Assembly: GCA_023488865.1 (NCBI GenBank)
Contig: JAMDDG010000033.1
Coordinates: 1 to 44,658, forward strand
Length of the DNA: 44,658 nt
Direction: 5' to 3'
Source of the DNA: Bacteroidota bacterium
GTDB lineage: Bacteria; Bacteroidota; Bacteroidia; Bacteroidales; Prolixibacteraceae
Shown here: positions 1-10,321 of the stretch, in pieces
How positions within the stretch are numbered: position 1 is the first letter of the stretch
Layout of the letters: every line of letters starts with the position of its first letter
Translations under genes and position numbers: made by a program
The notes under the pieces: model-generated
Told to the model about the DNA's origin: nothing
Databases searched by the model: none
The model's input: only the letters and a program-made list of their open reading frames with translations

Positions 1-110
1 CCACGCTGAACCAACAGATTGGCTATGGCCATATCTACATTCAGCGCAGCTGAAAGTTGCTTGATATCGTTGATATCAGCTTGTTCCTTCAGTTTCCAGA
101 GTTTTTGCAT
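1..110 (-). CDS. 5' end of a recJ-like single-stranded-DNA exonuclease gene (partial, runs off the window)
   Basis: The reverse complement from ATG (110..108) reads MQKLWKLKEQADINDIKQLSAALNVDMAIANLLVQRG. This resembles RecJ N-termini (..L..LL.QRG). Only about 36 codons are visible. Confidence 0.4.
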   Translation of the reverse strand, partial: MQKLWKLKEQADINDIKQLSAALNVDMAIANLLVQR

Positions 111-326
111 GCTTTCCTTTTTACGGGCAGTTTTTGAATAATTTCCCAAATATACCTTTTTGCCTTGTAGCGACAAAGATAAATGAGAGGGAAGGATCAA
201 TTCTTGAGGAAGAAATTTGGATATTTTGTTTATTGAGTTTATATAAAGGCATTTAGATTCCCCGGAAAAGAAGGTCCACTTGTTCTTGCACCGGCAGGGG
301 CCTGATGAAAATAAGGATATCTTTTT

Positions 327-334
327 TATCTTTG
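327..334 (+). promoter_or_regulatory. Candidate Bacteroidota -7 promoter box (TAnnTTTG) for lysS
   Basis: TATCTTTG lies about 40 nt upstream of the lysS ATG. No clear -33 TTTG is seen. Confidence 0.35.
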
Positions 335-373
335 CACGTAATTTTTTCACAAAAAAAGGATCATTAATTAAAG

Positions 374-2098
374 ATGAGCAATAATTTAGAGTTAAGTGAG
401 CAGGAAATAATCCGACGAAATTCCCTGCAGAAACTCCGTGATCTGGGTATCAACCCATACCCCGCGAATGAATTCAAGACCAATACATCTTCCAAACAAA
501 TATTAGATCAATACGACCCAGATAAGAAAAATTTCCAGGATGTTACCATCGCCGGCAGGCTGATGGGCCAACGGATCATGGGGAAAGCCTCCTTTGCCGA
601 AATACAGGACGAAAGCGGGCGGATACAGCTCTATATCAACCGGGATGAAATTTGTCCCGATGAGGATAAGACCCTCTACAACGAAGTTTTTAAAAAATTA
701 CTCGATATCGGCGATATCATTGGCGTTAAAGGTTATGTATTTGTCACCCAGATGGGGGAGACCTCTATCCATGTAAAAAGCCTGACCCTCCTGAGCAAAT
801 CAATTCGGCCGCTTCCGGTTGTCAAAGAAAAGGAGGGGATGTTGTTCGACGCATTCACGGATCCTGAACAGCGGTATCGCCAGCGCTACCTCGATTTGAT
901 TGTTAATCCGCAGGTGCGGGAGGTGTTTGTTAAGCGTACGCAGATCATTAACAATATGCGGGAATTTTTCAACCTGAAGGGTTATCTGGAAGTTGAGACA
1001 CCCATTCTTCAACCCATTCCCGGCGGAGCAGCAGCGCGTCCTTTTATCACCCATCACAATGCTTTGAATATACCCCTCTACCTTCGGGTGGCCGACGAAT
1101 TGTATCTGAAACGCCTGATTGTGGGTGGATTCGAAGGGGTGTACGAGTTTGCCAAAGATTTTAGGAACGAAGGGATGGACCGTACCCACAACCCCGAATT
1201 CACTGTCATGGAAATCTATGTAGCCTACAAAGACTACAACTGGATGATGGAGATGACCGAAGAGATGATCGAACGGGTTGCCCTTGCGCTTCATGGGACG
1301 ACCCAAGTCACCGTAGGCGATAAGTCAATCGATTTCAAGCGTCCTTTCAAAAGAATTACCATGACCGATTCCATCAAAGAGTTCACCGGTATCGATATTC
1401 TGGGAATGGATGAAATTGCCCTAAGGGCAGCCTGTAAGGAGATTGGCGTAGAAGTGGACGAAACCATGGGAAAAGGAAAAATAATTGATGAAATATTTGG
1501 TAAAAAGTGCGAAGGTCACTACATTCAACCCACTTTTATTTTGGATTATCCGGTCGAAATGTCTCCCTTGTGCAAGAAACACCGGGATAATCCCGACTTG
1601 ACTGAACGTTTTGAGTTAATGGTCAATGGCAAAGAGCTTTGTAATGCCTACTCCGAATTAAATGATCCGATCGACCAACTTGCCCGATTTCAGGAACAGT
1701 TGCGGTTATCCGAAAAAGGAGACAACGAAGCGATGTTTATTGACATGGATTTTGTCAGGTCACTGGAATATGGAATGCCTCCGACTTCCGGTATGGGAAT
1801 CGGAATTGATCGTTTGACCATGTTGATGACCAATTCACTTTCCATACAGGATGTGTTGCTCTTTCCGCAGATGAAACCGGAGAAAAGGGCCGAAGAAGAT
1901 TCCGACGAAATGTTCGAGGCATTGGGCATACCCTCCGAATGGGTTGAAGTGCTTCGCAAAATGAACTACAAAAAGGTCGCTCAACTGAAAGAGGTGAAAG
2001 CATCCAAAATGTTCAACGACCTGTGCGGGTTCAACAAGAAAAATCATCTCGGACTTACCAACCCGGGCATGGATGAGGTGACGAAGTGGTTAAACTAA
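374..2098 (+). CDS. lysS: Lysine--tRNA ligase, class II, long Bacteroidota form with C-terminal extension
   Basis: 574-aa ORF with an OB-fold N-domain and class II core motifs (FRNEGMD..THNPEFT, GMGIGIDRL). Confidence 0.95.
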   Translation: MSNNLELSEQEIIRRNSLQKLRDLGINPYPANEFKTNTSSKQILDQYDPDKKNFQDVTIAGRLMGQRIMGKASFAEIQDESGRIQLYINRDEICPDEDKTLYNEVFKKLLDIGDIIGVKGYVFVTQMGETSIHVKSLTLLSKSIRPLPVVKEKEGMLFDAFTDPEQRYRQRYLDLIVNPQVREVFVKRTQIINNMREFFNLKGYLEVETPILQPIPGGAAARPFITHHNALNIPLYLRVADELYLKRLIVGGFEGVYEFAKDFRNEGMDRTHNPEFTVMEIYVAYKDYNWMMEMTEEMIERVALALHGTTQVTVGDKSIDFKRPFKRITMTDSIKEFTGIDILGMDEIALRAACKEIGVEVDETMGKGKIIDEIFGKKCEGHYIQPTFILDYPVEMSPLCKKHRDNPDLTERFELMVNGKELCNAYSELNDPIDQLARFQEQLRLSEKGDNEAMFIDMDFVRSLEYGMPPTSGMGIGIDRLTMLMTNSLSIQDVLLFPQMKPEKRAEEDSDEMFEALGIPSEWVEVLRKMNYKKVAQLKEVKASKMFNDLCGFNKKNHLGLTNPGMDEVTKWLN

Positions 2099-2110
2099 TA
2101 TTTCACACCA

Positions 2111-3115
2111 ATGACGGAAATCAGTGAGAAAAGCCGTGTAGCAATTATCGGCAGTGGAAGTTGGGCAACCGCGCTCGCTAAATTGTTGATGTACAATATA
2201 CCAGAGATAAATTGGTATATACGTAACCAGGACAACATCGATCTTTTCAAAAAATTCCGCCACAATCCCAATTACCTCCGCTCCGTAGAATTTGATGTTT
2301 CCAAAATCAATTTCTACAACGATATCAATAAAGTTGTGGAGGACTCAGATATTCTGGTTTTTGTGACACCTTCGGCCTTTCTGAAAGACACGCTCCGTCA
2401 CATGACGGCAGAAATAGGGGATAAATTTGTCGTGTCTGCCATCAAAGGGATCATCCCGGAAGGAAATCTTTTTGTGGGGGAATATTTTCACGAATTTTAC
2501 GACTTGCCATTTGAACAGTTTTGTGTCATTGCGGGCCCTTGTCACGCGGAAGAGGTAGCCAGGGATCTTCTCTCCTATCTTACGATCGCCAGTCCGGACG
2601 TCAAAAGGGCACGGCAATTTGCCATGCTGCTCGAAAGCAACTCGCTCCGCACCCATATCTCGGATGATATCTGGGGTACCGAATATGCTGCCGTTCTGAA
2701 AAACATCATGGCCATTGCCGCCGGGATCTCACATAGCTTGCGTTACGGGGACAATTTCCAGGCAGTACTGATGTCGAATGCCATTCAGGAGATCAAACGT
2801 TTTGTGGATACGGTCCACCCGATCACGCGGGACATCAAATCTTCGGCTTATCTGGGTGACCTTCTCGTAACCGGATACTCCCATTTTTCGAGAAACCGCA
2901 CCTTTGGTACCATGATCGGCAAAGGATATACCGTCCGTTCGGCCATGCTCGAAATGGATATGATTGCCGAAGGCTTCTATGCCACCAAATGTATCAAAGA
3001 GCTCAACGAACAATACATGATCAATATGCCGATCACCGATTCCGTTTACAACATCATTTACGAAAACATCTCACCGGCCATCGAAATGCGGCTGCTCACG
3101 GAATACCTGCGGTAG
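2111..3115 (+). CDS. gpsA: NAD(P)H-dependent glycerol-3-phosphate dehydrogenase
   Basis: 334-aa ORF with an N-terminal Rossmann motif (IIGSGSWATALA) and GpsA-like length and C-domain. Confidence 0.88.
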   Translation: MTEISEKSRVAIIGSGSWATALAKLLMYNIPEINWYIRNQDNIDLFKKFRHNPNYLRSVEFDVSKINFYNDINKVVEDSDILVFVTPSAFLKDTLRHMTAEIGDKFVVSAIKGIIPEGNLFVGEYFHEFYDLPFEQFCVIAGPCHAEEVARDLLSYLTIASPDVKRARQFAMLLESNSLRTHISDDIWGTEYAAVLKNIMAIAAGISHSLRYGDNFQAVLMSNAIQEIKRFVDTVHPITRDIKSSAYLGDLLVTGYSHFSRNRTFGTMIGKGYTVRSAMLEMDMIAEGFYATKCIKELNEQYMINMPITDSVYNIIYENISPAIEMRLLTEYLR

Positions 3116-3116
3116 G

Positions 3117-3240
3117 AAGAAACGAGAAGGGGCGAGTGGGCGAAGAAGTGACTTGGAGAGTGGGTGAATGCGACTCCATGCCGACTCGATGAAACGGTGA
3201 AGGGGCGACAGGGAGAAGGGGCGAGTGGGAGAAAATAAGT
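3117..3240 (+). repeat. GA-rich intergenic repeat array (GAAGGGGCGAnTGGG units)
   Basis: Units lie at 3126-3140, 3199-3213 and 3215-3229. The array starts 2 nt after the gpsA stop. It is related to 13607-13775 (GAAGGGGTGACTGGGAGAAAATGAG versus GAAGGGGCGAGTGGGAGAAAATAAG). Confidence 0.7.
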
Positions 3241-3421
3241 AACGGGCGCGAAATTCTTCGGCTGAAGGCCGAATACATTACAGCACAGGGCAACGCCCTG
3301 TGAAACTGATTTGAATTTATACATATTACGATTATAAAATTATAAAATGAAGAACATTGGATTATACCTCGAAAACGTTCATGGCACTGTGCCTCAATCA
3401 AAAATCGACAGCTTCAGGCAA

Positions 3422-3471
3422 CAGGTAGAAGCTGCCAACCTTTCACAGGGTAGAAGCTGCCAACCTTTCAC
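3422..3471 (+). repeat. 25-bp tandem duplication inside pgi
   Basis: GGTAGAAGCTGCCAACCTTTCAC occurs at 3424-3446 and again at 3449-3471, giving a 25-nt period and a frameshift. Confidence 0.9.
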
Positions 3472-3786
3472 TGCACCAAAAAACCGGCAAAGGCAATGAT
3501 TTTCTTGGTTGGGTAGATCTGCCAGGTTCTATTTCCGAGTTCGAATTGTCAGAAATCGAAAAGACAGTTCAAAAACTTCAGGTCAAACACCTTGAGATAT
3601 TTGTGGTCATTGGTATCGGTGGTTCATACCTGGGATCGAAAGCCGTTATCGATGCGTTGTCCGACTCCTTTGTAAACATCAAAGGCTCTTTTGAAGCTCC
3701 CCTGATTGTCTTCGCCGGACAAAACATTAGCGAGGACTACCTTTTCGAACTTCGCGATCTGCTGGATTCCAAAGACTGGGCTTGTG

Positions 3787-4077
3787 CCGTTATCTCAAAA
3801 TCAGGTACCACCACTGAGCCGGCCCTGGCTTTCAGGTTACTAAAACAAGATCTGGAAGAGAAATATGGGGTTGAAGAGGCACGCAAAAGAATTATCGCCG
3901 TCACCGATGCAGAAAGAGGCGCCCTGAAAACTCCGTTATCTCAAAATCAGGCACCACCACTGAACCTGCCCTGGCTTTCAGGTTACTAAAACAGGACCTG
4001 GAAGAGAAATATGGGGTTGACGAAGCCCGCAAAAGAATTATCGCCGTCACCGACGCGGAAAGAGGCGCCCTGAAAAC
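3787..4077 (+). repeat. 146-bp-period imperfect tandem duplication inside pgi
   Basis: Copy 1 is 3787-3931 and copy 2 is 3933-4077. About 10 substitutions separate them, nearly all at third codon positions. Confidence 0.9.
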
Positions 4078-4873
4078 ATTGGCCAAAGAGGAAGGTTACA
4101 AAACTTTCGTTATCCCGGATGATATCGGTGGTCGTTATTCCGTATTGACCCCCGTTGGTCTAATCGCCATCGGGATGGCCGGATTTGACATCCGCCAACT
4201 GATAAAAGGGGCCATCGATATGGAAAATGCCTGTGGCGCAAAGGTCCCGTATGATCAAAATCTGGCTTGCCGGTATGCTGCTGCCAGAAATGCCCTTTAC
4301 CAATCCGGTAAGAAAATCGAAATCCTGGTTAACTTCAATCCCAAACTCCACTTCTTCGCCGAGTGGTGGAAACAACTCTACGGTGAGAGCGAAGGCAAGG
4401 AACACAAAGGCATCTATCCAAGCAGTGTAGACTTTTCAAGCGATTTACACTCGATGGGCCAATACATCCAGGAAGGTGAAAGGACCCTGTTCGAAACCGT
4501 ACTCTCTATCGAAGAGGTCAACAACGAATTGTTCGTTCCCGAGGACGAGGCAGATCTGGATGGTCTCAATTTCTTAGCAGGAAAGCGGGTCGATGAAGTG
4601 AACAAGATGGCCGAACTCGGTACCTCCCTGGCACATGTCGACGGTGGCGTTCCCAATATCCGGATCACGGTCCCAAAATTAGATGAATACTATCTGGGAC
4701 AACTGATTTATTTCTTTGAATTAGCTTGCGGAATCAGTGGTTATGTGCTGGATATCAATCCATTTGATCAGCCAGGCGTAGAAAGCTACAAGAAAAACAT
4801 GTTCGCATTGCTGAATAAGCCCGGTTATGAGAAAGAGAGCAAAGCCATTCAGGAAAGATTGAAGTAAGCAAAT

Positions 4874-5839
4874 ATGTTGCAAGGTATCCCATTCTTTTTC
4901 AGAAAATCAGCCGACAAACTTTTGCTCTGTCTGATGGTTTTCCCATTCGTATTGACTTCTTGTTTTCCCGGACAACCGGAAAAACAAGTTGCTAAGGAAA
5001 AATCAGGGGAAGAGCGGGCAAATAACACGGATATATCCCATCTTTCAACGTTAACTGTCACGGACAATATCACTTACAGCAATGTGCTGGATGATCTGGA
5101 CAGAAACGACCTTCAAAACATAGACCTTGCACTCACTTTGTTTTCCAACAACAAGGCAGACTCACTGAGCCGCGACTCCATGCTGGTCTCCTTTACCGAG
5201 TTCATGACTTCGGAGATTCAAGGGTACTATGACGGTCATCTGAACGGTAACCAGGATTTAATCAGGCACTTTGAAAACAAAGGAGATCAATCTGAAACTC
5301 AAAAATTGATTTCAATGCTTGCTACCCATGGTATTAAACTCTCTTTCAGGGAAGGGGATTTCTACCTTGAACCCGATCTGGCATTCATTTATGACCGTTT
5401 AAACGGGGCATTGACTGTTAGTAGCCGCGATTACTTGCAGGTAAAGATCAGCTTAGCCAATGGACTCAATACAGACAGCGGTCAACCGGTCTCAGCCCCT
5501 GATTCCCTGGCGCATAATATCATCGCCTGGGAAGATTTCATGGTAAAAAATCCCGGGTACCTTTTAAAGGATGAAATTCAGGCCCAGTACATTGATGCAA
5601 TGGCAGCCTATTTATCAGGCACGGAACAATTGCCCCTGTTCGATCCTGATACCAAAATGATTGAGGCAAAATACCAGTCATCCTATCTTCGATACCTCAA
5701 AGAATACCCTGACCGGGGAAGCGCCAGAATCGTAAAAAAATTCTATGACCTCCTTGATTCAAAGGGGTTTAAATACGATGAAGAACTGGATTCATTTTTA
5801 TCCGATGTCAATTTTATCCCAACGCAAACTCCGCAATGA
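4874..5839 (+). CDS. Hypothetical lipoprotein
   Basis: 321-aa ORF with a signal peptide and lipobox-like LTSC. I do not recognise the family. Confidence 0.6.
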   Translation: MLQGIPFFFRKSADKLLLCLMVFPFVLTSCFPGQPEKQVAKEKSGEERANNTDISHLSTLTVTDNITYSNVLDDLDRNDLQNIDLALTLFSNNKADSLSRDSMLVSFTEFMTSEIQGYYDGHLNGNQDLIRHFENKGDQSETQKLISMLATHGIKLSFREGDFYLEPDLAFIYDRLNGALTVSSRDYLQVKISLANGLNTDSGQPVSAPDSLAHNIIAWEDFMVKNPGYLLKDEIQAQYIDAMAAYLSGTEQLPLFDPDTKMIEAKYQSSYLRYLKEYPDRGSARIVKKFYDLLDSKGFKYDEELDSFLSDVNFIPTQTPQ

Positions 5840-6735
5840 GTACGACCCCATTCAACAGGCAGAAATCCAAAGTAACTCAGTTAACGGTAACAAAGTCAGC
5901 ACGTTTGATGGAATTCCTGATTGAGCAACTGAAAGGCAAAAGCCGGACTACCATTAAATCCTTGCTGGCACACAGGCAGGTCTCCGTTGGGGCTCATACG
6001 ATCACGCAATTCGACTTTCCGCTGGAACCAAATCAATTTGTCACAATTAACTGGGGGGTTGTGCCCGAACAAACCCGCCTTCGCGGAGTCCGCATTTTGT
6101 TTGAAGATCCATACCTGATTGTCATTGACAAAGAGGCCGGCATGCTTTCAATTGCCACGGCCAAGGAGAAGTTGCTGACCACCTATTCCATCCTGAGTTC
6201 CCATGTCAAGAAGGAAGATCCAACTAACCGCATATTTGTTGTGCACCGGCTCGACCGCGACACATCCGGTGTGATGATGTTTGCAAAAAGCGAAAAGGTG
6301 CAGGAGATCATGCAAAAAGCCTGGCAAGAAGCAGTTATCAGGCGATCGTACATCGCTGTTGTTGAAGGAATTGTTGAAAAAGATAAGGATACCATCCGTT
6401 CTTTCCTGAAGGAGAACAAGATGCTCTTCATGTACTCTACCAAAGTCCCGGGAGAAGGAGACGAAGCCATCACTCATTACAAGGTACTGAAACGGAGCGA
6501 GGAGTTTACCCTTTTAGAAGTTGAACTTGAAACCGGTCGCAAAAACCAGATCCGCGTGCACATGAAAGAGTTGGGACATCCCGTAGCCGGAGATAAAAAA
6601 TATGGCTCCAAATTAAATCCGCTGCGCCGTACCTGTCTTCATGCCAACATTTTGGCATTCAAACACCCGATAACCGGCGAAGAGCTCAGCTTTGAAACGC
6701 CACCGCCACACCGGTTTCTGACGCTGTTTTCCTGA
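5836..6735 (+). CDS. RluA-family pseudouridine synthase with N-terminal S4-like domain
   Basis: Catalytic motif HRLDRDTSGVMMFAK. There is a 4-nt ATGA overlap with the upstream ORF. Confidence 0.85.
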   Translation: MSTTPFNRQKSKVTQLTVTKSARLMEFLIEQLKGKSRTTIKSLLAHRQVSVGAHTITQFDFPLEPNQFVTINWGVVPEQTRLRGVRILFEDPYLIVIDKEAGMLSIATAKEKLLTTYSILSSHVKKEDPTNRIFVVHRLDRDTSGVMMFAKSEKVQEIMQKAWQEAVIRRSYIAVVEGIVEKDKDTIRSFLKENKMLFMYSTKVPGEGDEAITHYKVLKRSEEFTLLEVELETGRKNQIRVHMKELGHPVAGDKKYGSKLNPLRRTCLHANILAFKHPITGEELSFETPPPHRFLTLFS

Positions 6736-6891
6736 AGGGGGATAATTATAGAAAGGGTTCTGGTCATTATATATAGAAAGAATATAAATAGCATCTTTTT
6801 GACACTTCAATTTGTTTAACAATACTTGAACTTCTAAATTTGAGACGGCTTAAAAACACTTTCTTCTAAATAAATAACTAATACAAGATTT

Positions 6892-7563
6892 ATGAGCAGT
6901 TTCATGAGCGCCTCCATCGGGCGGAAATTCTTAATGAGCTTAACCGGACTTTTCCTGATCTCATTTCTCTGTATTCACCTCACTTTGAATCTGTTTCTGA
7001 CATTTGACGATTCCGGGAGCCTCTTCAACCTTGCCGCTCATTTTATGGCAACGAACCCTATCATCCGAATTATTGAGCCTTTGCTGGCCATTGGGTTTGT
7101 GATCCATATCATCTGGTCGGCCTGGATTACCTTAGAAAACATGAGGGCACGCCCGCAAAAGTACGAATACGGCGATCAGTTGCTTAGTTGGTGGGCCCCC
7201 GCTAAAAATATGTTTATCCTGGGTGGAATGGTGCTGATTTTTTTGGTGGTTCACATTGCCAATTTCTGGGTAAAGTTGAAGTTCACAGGCGTAGACGGAG
7301 TCGTTGTCAACGGGGTAGAAATGCACAATGCCTATGCGTTGGTGAGCAATCTCTTCCTAAACCGTTGGTACGATCTGCTTTACATCGCTGGTGGTATACT
7401 GATCGGCCTTCATATCAGTCATGGCTTCTGGAGTGCATTTCAAACCATTGGTTTCAGCAACCAGATCTGGCTGAAGAGATTGAAAGCGGTGGCGTTCACC
7501 ATAGGTGCAATCTTTGCTATCGGATTTTCCTACATCCCGATTTACTTTATGATTAAATTCTAA
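6892..7563 (+). CDS. sdhC: Succinate dehydrogenase/fumarate reductase cytochrome b subunit (b558 type)
   Basis: 223-aa polytopic membrane ORF located directly upstream of the flavoprotein and Fe-S subunits. Confidence 0.8.
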   Translation: MSSFMSASIGRKFLMSLTGLFLISFLCIHLTLNLFLTFDDSGSLFNLAAHFMATNPIIRIIEPLLAIGFVIHIIWSAWITLENMRARPQKYEYGDQLLSWWAPAKNMFILGGMVLIFLVVHIANFWVKLKFTGVDGVVVNGVEMHNAYALVSNLFLNRWYDLLYIAGGILIGLHISHGFWSAFQTIGFSNQIWLKRLKAVAFTIGAIFAIGFSYIPIYFMIKF

Positions 7564-7588
7564 ACTGAACTTCAAAGTTTCCAAAGAT

Positions 7589-9529
7589 ATGAGCGAACTA
7601 AATTCAAAAATACCTTCCGGGCCGATAGCCGAAAAATGGACTAACCACAAGGCTAAGATCAAAGTCGTCAGTCCGGCCAACAAACGCAAACTCGAAGTAA
7701 TCGTTGTCGGTACAGGCCTTGCCGGAGCTTCAGCAGCCGCTTCGCTGGCAGAGATGGGTTACAATGTTAAATCTTTCTGTTACCAGGATAGCCCCAGAAG
7801 GGCACATTCGATTGCCGCACAAGGCGGGATCAATGCTGCAAAGAACTATCAGAACGACAATGATTCCGTCTATCGTCTTTTCTATGATACCATCAAAGGA
7901 GGGGATTACCGCTCACGCGAGGCCAACGTGCACCGTCTGGCGGAGGTCTCCCCCAACATCATTGACCAATGTGTAGCACAAGGGGTTCCATTTGCCCGTG
8001 AATATGGAGGTACCCTTTCCAACCGCTCTTTTGGCGGTGTATTGGTAAGCCGTACTTTCTATGCTCGTGGACAGACCGGTCAGCAATTGCTGTTGGGCGC
8101 CTATTCGGCGCTTAACCGTCAGATTCAGGAGGGCGGGGTAAAGATGTATACCCGCCACGAAATGCTCGATTTGGTTGTTATTGACAGTAAAGCACGGGGC
8201 ATCATTGCCCGCGACATGGTAACCGGAGAGGTGAAACGATTTGGCGCACATGCAGTGGTTCTTGCAACTGGTGGCTATGCCAACGTCTTCTTCCTGTCAA
8301 CCAATGCAATGGGCTGCAATGCCTCAGCCTCGTGGGTTGCTTACAAAAAAGGCGCCTTCTTCGCCAATCCCTGCTATGTACAGATTCACCCTACCTGTAT
8401 CCCGGTTCACGGGTCACAGCAATCCAAGCTGACCCTGATGTCGGAGTCATTGCGTAACGACGGCCGCGTTTGGGTACCACGAAAGAAAGAAGATGCCGAG
8501 AAATTGAGAAGGGGAGAAATTAAGCCCAACGATATTCCGGATGAAGACCGTGATTTCTATCTCGAACGAAGGTACCCGTCTTACGGGAACTTAGTGCCGA
8601 GGGATGTCGCTTCACGGGCTGCCAAAGAGCGTTGCGATGCCGGTTTTGGCGTAAACAGAGAGGGGCAGGCTGTTTTCCTCGATTTCAAATATGCGATTGA
8701 ACGGTTAGGACAAGATACCATCGCCAAACGTTACGGCAATCTTTTCCAGATGTACGAAAAGATTATGGATGTTGATCCTTACAAAGAACCGATGCAGATT
8801 TACCCTGCCATCCACTACGCCATGGGCGGCACCTGGGTTGATTATAACCTGATGACTTCCGTACCCGGACTCTATTCATTGGGAGAGGCCAACTTCTCCG
8901 ACCATGGCGCCAACCGGTTGGGCGCATCCGCGCTGATGCAGGGATTGGCCGATGGTTATTTTGTATTGCCCTACACCATTGGTGATTACCTGGCCAATGA
9001 AATCATGGTGCCAAAAATTAATACCAATCTGCCTGAGTTTGAGGCAGCCGAAAAAGCAGCAGTAAGTAGGCTTGAACAGCTTTTCAACATCAAGGGTAAG
9101 ACCCCGGTCGACCATTTTCATAAAAAACTGGGAGCTATCCTATGGGAATTTGTCGGGATGTCGCGCAACGAAGCCGGGCTGAAAAAAGCCATCGAAGAGA
9201 TCAAGAAACTACGCAAAGAGTTTTACGCCGATTTGTTGGTTCCCGGAGAGCTTAAAAATGTAAATCCAGAGTTGGAAAAGGCCGGGCGCGTGGCTGATTT
9301 CCTCGAATTTGGCGAGCTCTTGGCCCGCGATGCACTCAACCGCAAAGAATCCTGCGGGGGCCACTTCCGCGAAGAGTCTGCCACCGAAGAAGGAGAAGCC
9401 AAACGTGACGATGAAAATTTTGCTTATGTGGCTGCATGGGAATACAAAGGAGTTGATGAAGAACCTGTTCTCCACAAAGAGGAACTTGTCTTTGAGACGA
9501 TCCAGTTGACCCAGAGGAGTTATAAATAA
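7589..9529 (+). CDS. sdhA: Succinate dehydrogenase/fumarate reductase flavoprotein subunit
   Basis: 646 aa. It has the FAD motif [12 protein letters not shown], the [11 protein letters not shown] histidine-FAD site region and HPT..HYAMGG. Confidence 0.93.
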   Translation: MSELNSKIPSGPIAEKWTNHKAKIKVVSPANKRKLEVIVVGTGLAGASAAASLAEMGYNVKSFCYQDSPRRAHSIAAQGGINAAKNYQNDNDSVYRLFYDTIKGGDYRSREANVHRLAEVSPNIIDQCVAQGVPFAREYGGTLSNRSFGGVLVSRTFYARGQTGQQLLLGAYSALNRQIQEGGVKMYTRHEMLDLVVIDSKARGIIARDMVTGEVKRFGAHAVVLATGGYANVFFLSTNAMGCNASASWVAYKKGAFFANPCYVQIHPTCIPVHGSQQSKLTLMSESLRNDGRVWVPRKKEDAEKLRRGEIKPNDIPDEDRDFYLERRYPSYGNLVPRDVASRAAKERCDAGFGVNREGQAVFLDFKYAIERLGQDTIAKRYGNLFQMYEKIMDVDPYKEPMQIYPAIHYAMGGTWVDYNLMTSVPGLYSLGEANFSDHGANRLGASALMQGLADGYFVLPYTIGDYLANEIMVPKINTNLPEFEAAEKAAVSRLEQLFNIKGKTPVDHFHKKLGAILWEFVGMSRNEAGLKKAIEEIKKLRKEFYADLLVPGELKNVNPELEKAGRVADFLEFGELLARDALNRKESCGGHFREESATEEGEAKRDDENFAYVAAWEYKGVDEEPVLHKEELVFETIQLTQRSYK

Positions 9530-9558
9530 TTGTTGTAGACCGATAAAAACCCATCAAA

Positions 9559-10320
9559 ATGGCTGATATAATTCTCAATAAAATATATGTAAAGGTTTGG
9601 AGGCAAAATAACCCGAAAGCAAAAGGGAGCTTCGAAACCTATCAGGTCGAAAATGTGTCACAAGGTTCCTCTTTTTTGGAGATGATTGATATCCTGAACG
9701 ATAAGTTGATACTGGAAGGGAAAGATCCGATTGCCTTTGACCACGATTGCCGCGAAGGAATATGCGGGATGTGTTCAATGTATATCAACGGTCATGCACA
9801 CGGTCCGGATTCGGAAGTAACTACCTGTCAGTTGCACATGCGGAAGTTCCACGAAGGCCAGACCATAGTGGTCGAGCCTTGGCGCGCTGCCGCTTTCCCT
9901 GTAATCAAAGACGTAATGGTCGACCGTACAGCATTTGAAAAAATCCAGCAGGCTGGCGGGTATGTATCTGTCAATACCGGTGGCGTACCCGACGGCAACG
10001 TTATCCCGATCAGTCAGGAAGATGCGGAAGAGGCCATGGATGCTGCAGCCTGCATCGGTTGCGGCGCCTGTGTGGCTACTTGTAAAAACTCTTCGGCCAT
10101 GTTGTTCGTTGCGGCAAAAGTTTCGCAGTTAGCCAAACTGCCTCAAGGCCAGGTTGAAGCGAAGAGGCGTGCCAAAGCCATGGTAGCCAAGATGGATGAA
10201 CTGGGCTTCGGCGGATGTACCAACACCGGCGGATGTGAGCTGGCCTGCCCCAAAAGCATCTCTATTGCACATATCGCACGGCTTAACCGCGAGTACCTGT
10301 GCGCGAAACTCTCTGATTAA
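9559..10320 (+). CDS. sdhB: Succinate dehydrogenase/fumarate reductase iron-sulfur subunit
   Basis: 253 aa with Cys clusters [20 protein letters not shown] and [12 protein letters not shown]. Confidence 0.92.
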   Translation: MADIILNKIYVKVWRQNNPKAKGSFETYQVENVSQGSSFLEMIDILNDKLILEGKDPIAFDHDCREGICGMCSMYINGHAHGPDSEVTTCQLHMRKFHEGQTIVVEPWRAAAFPVIKDVMVDRTAFEKIQQAGGYVSVNTGGVPDGNVIPISQEDAEEAMDAAACIGCGACVATCKNSSAMLFVAAKVSQLAKLPQGQVEAKRRAKAMVAKMDELGFGGCTNTGGCELACPKSISIAHIARLNREYLCAKLSD

Positions 10321-10321
10321 C

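Larger units (their letters stand above)
3347..4867 (+). pseudogene. pgi: Glucose-6-phosphate isomerase, reading frame broken by two tandem duplications (25 bp and 146 bp)
   Basis: ATG at 3347 (MKNIGLYLENVHG..). PGI motifs [29 protein letters not shown] and GESEGK are spread over three frames (3347-, 3546-3989, 4079-4867). Removing 25+146 nt gives 1350 nt, a 449-aa short-type PGI. Confidence 0.85.

Noticed and set aside
800-1306. Long antisense or alternative-frame ORFs inside well-supported genes (e.g. 800-1306, 7913-8251, 16963-17457, 26839-27270, 28177-28389, 28777-28989, 30555-30767).
   Set aside because: These are shadow ORFs with biased, low-complexity composition that lie fully within strongly supported CDSs. 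The paired 70-aa ORFs at 28177, 28777 and 30555 only reflect the FISUMP DNA repeat.
1860-2098. The ~70-aa C-terminal extension on LysRS as a possible gene fusion.
   Set aside because: Long-form LysRS of about 575 aa with this tail is the normal Bacteroidota architecture as far as I recall, and the reading frame is continuous with no repeat or junction signal.
3546-4867. Two independent small PGI-like genes (3546-3989 and 4079-4867).
   Set aside because: Both track ORFs start at TTG codons that are internal in-frame Leu codons of a single pgi. The true ATG is at 3347, and the frame is restored by removing the duplicated 25 and 146 nt.
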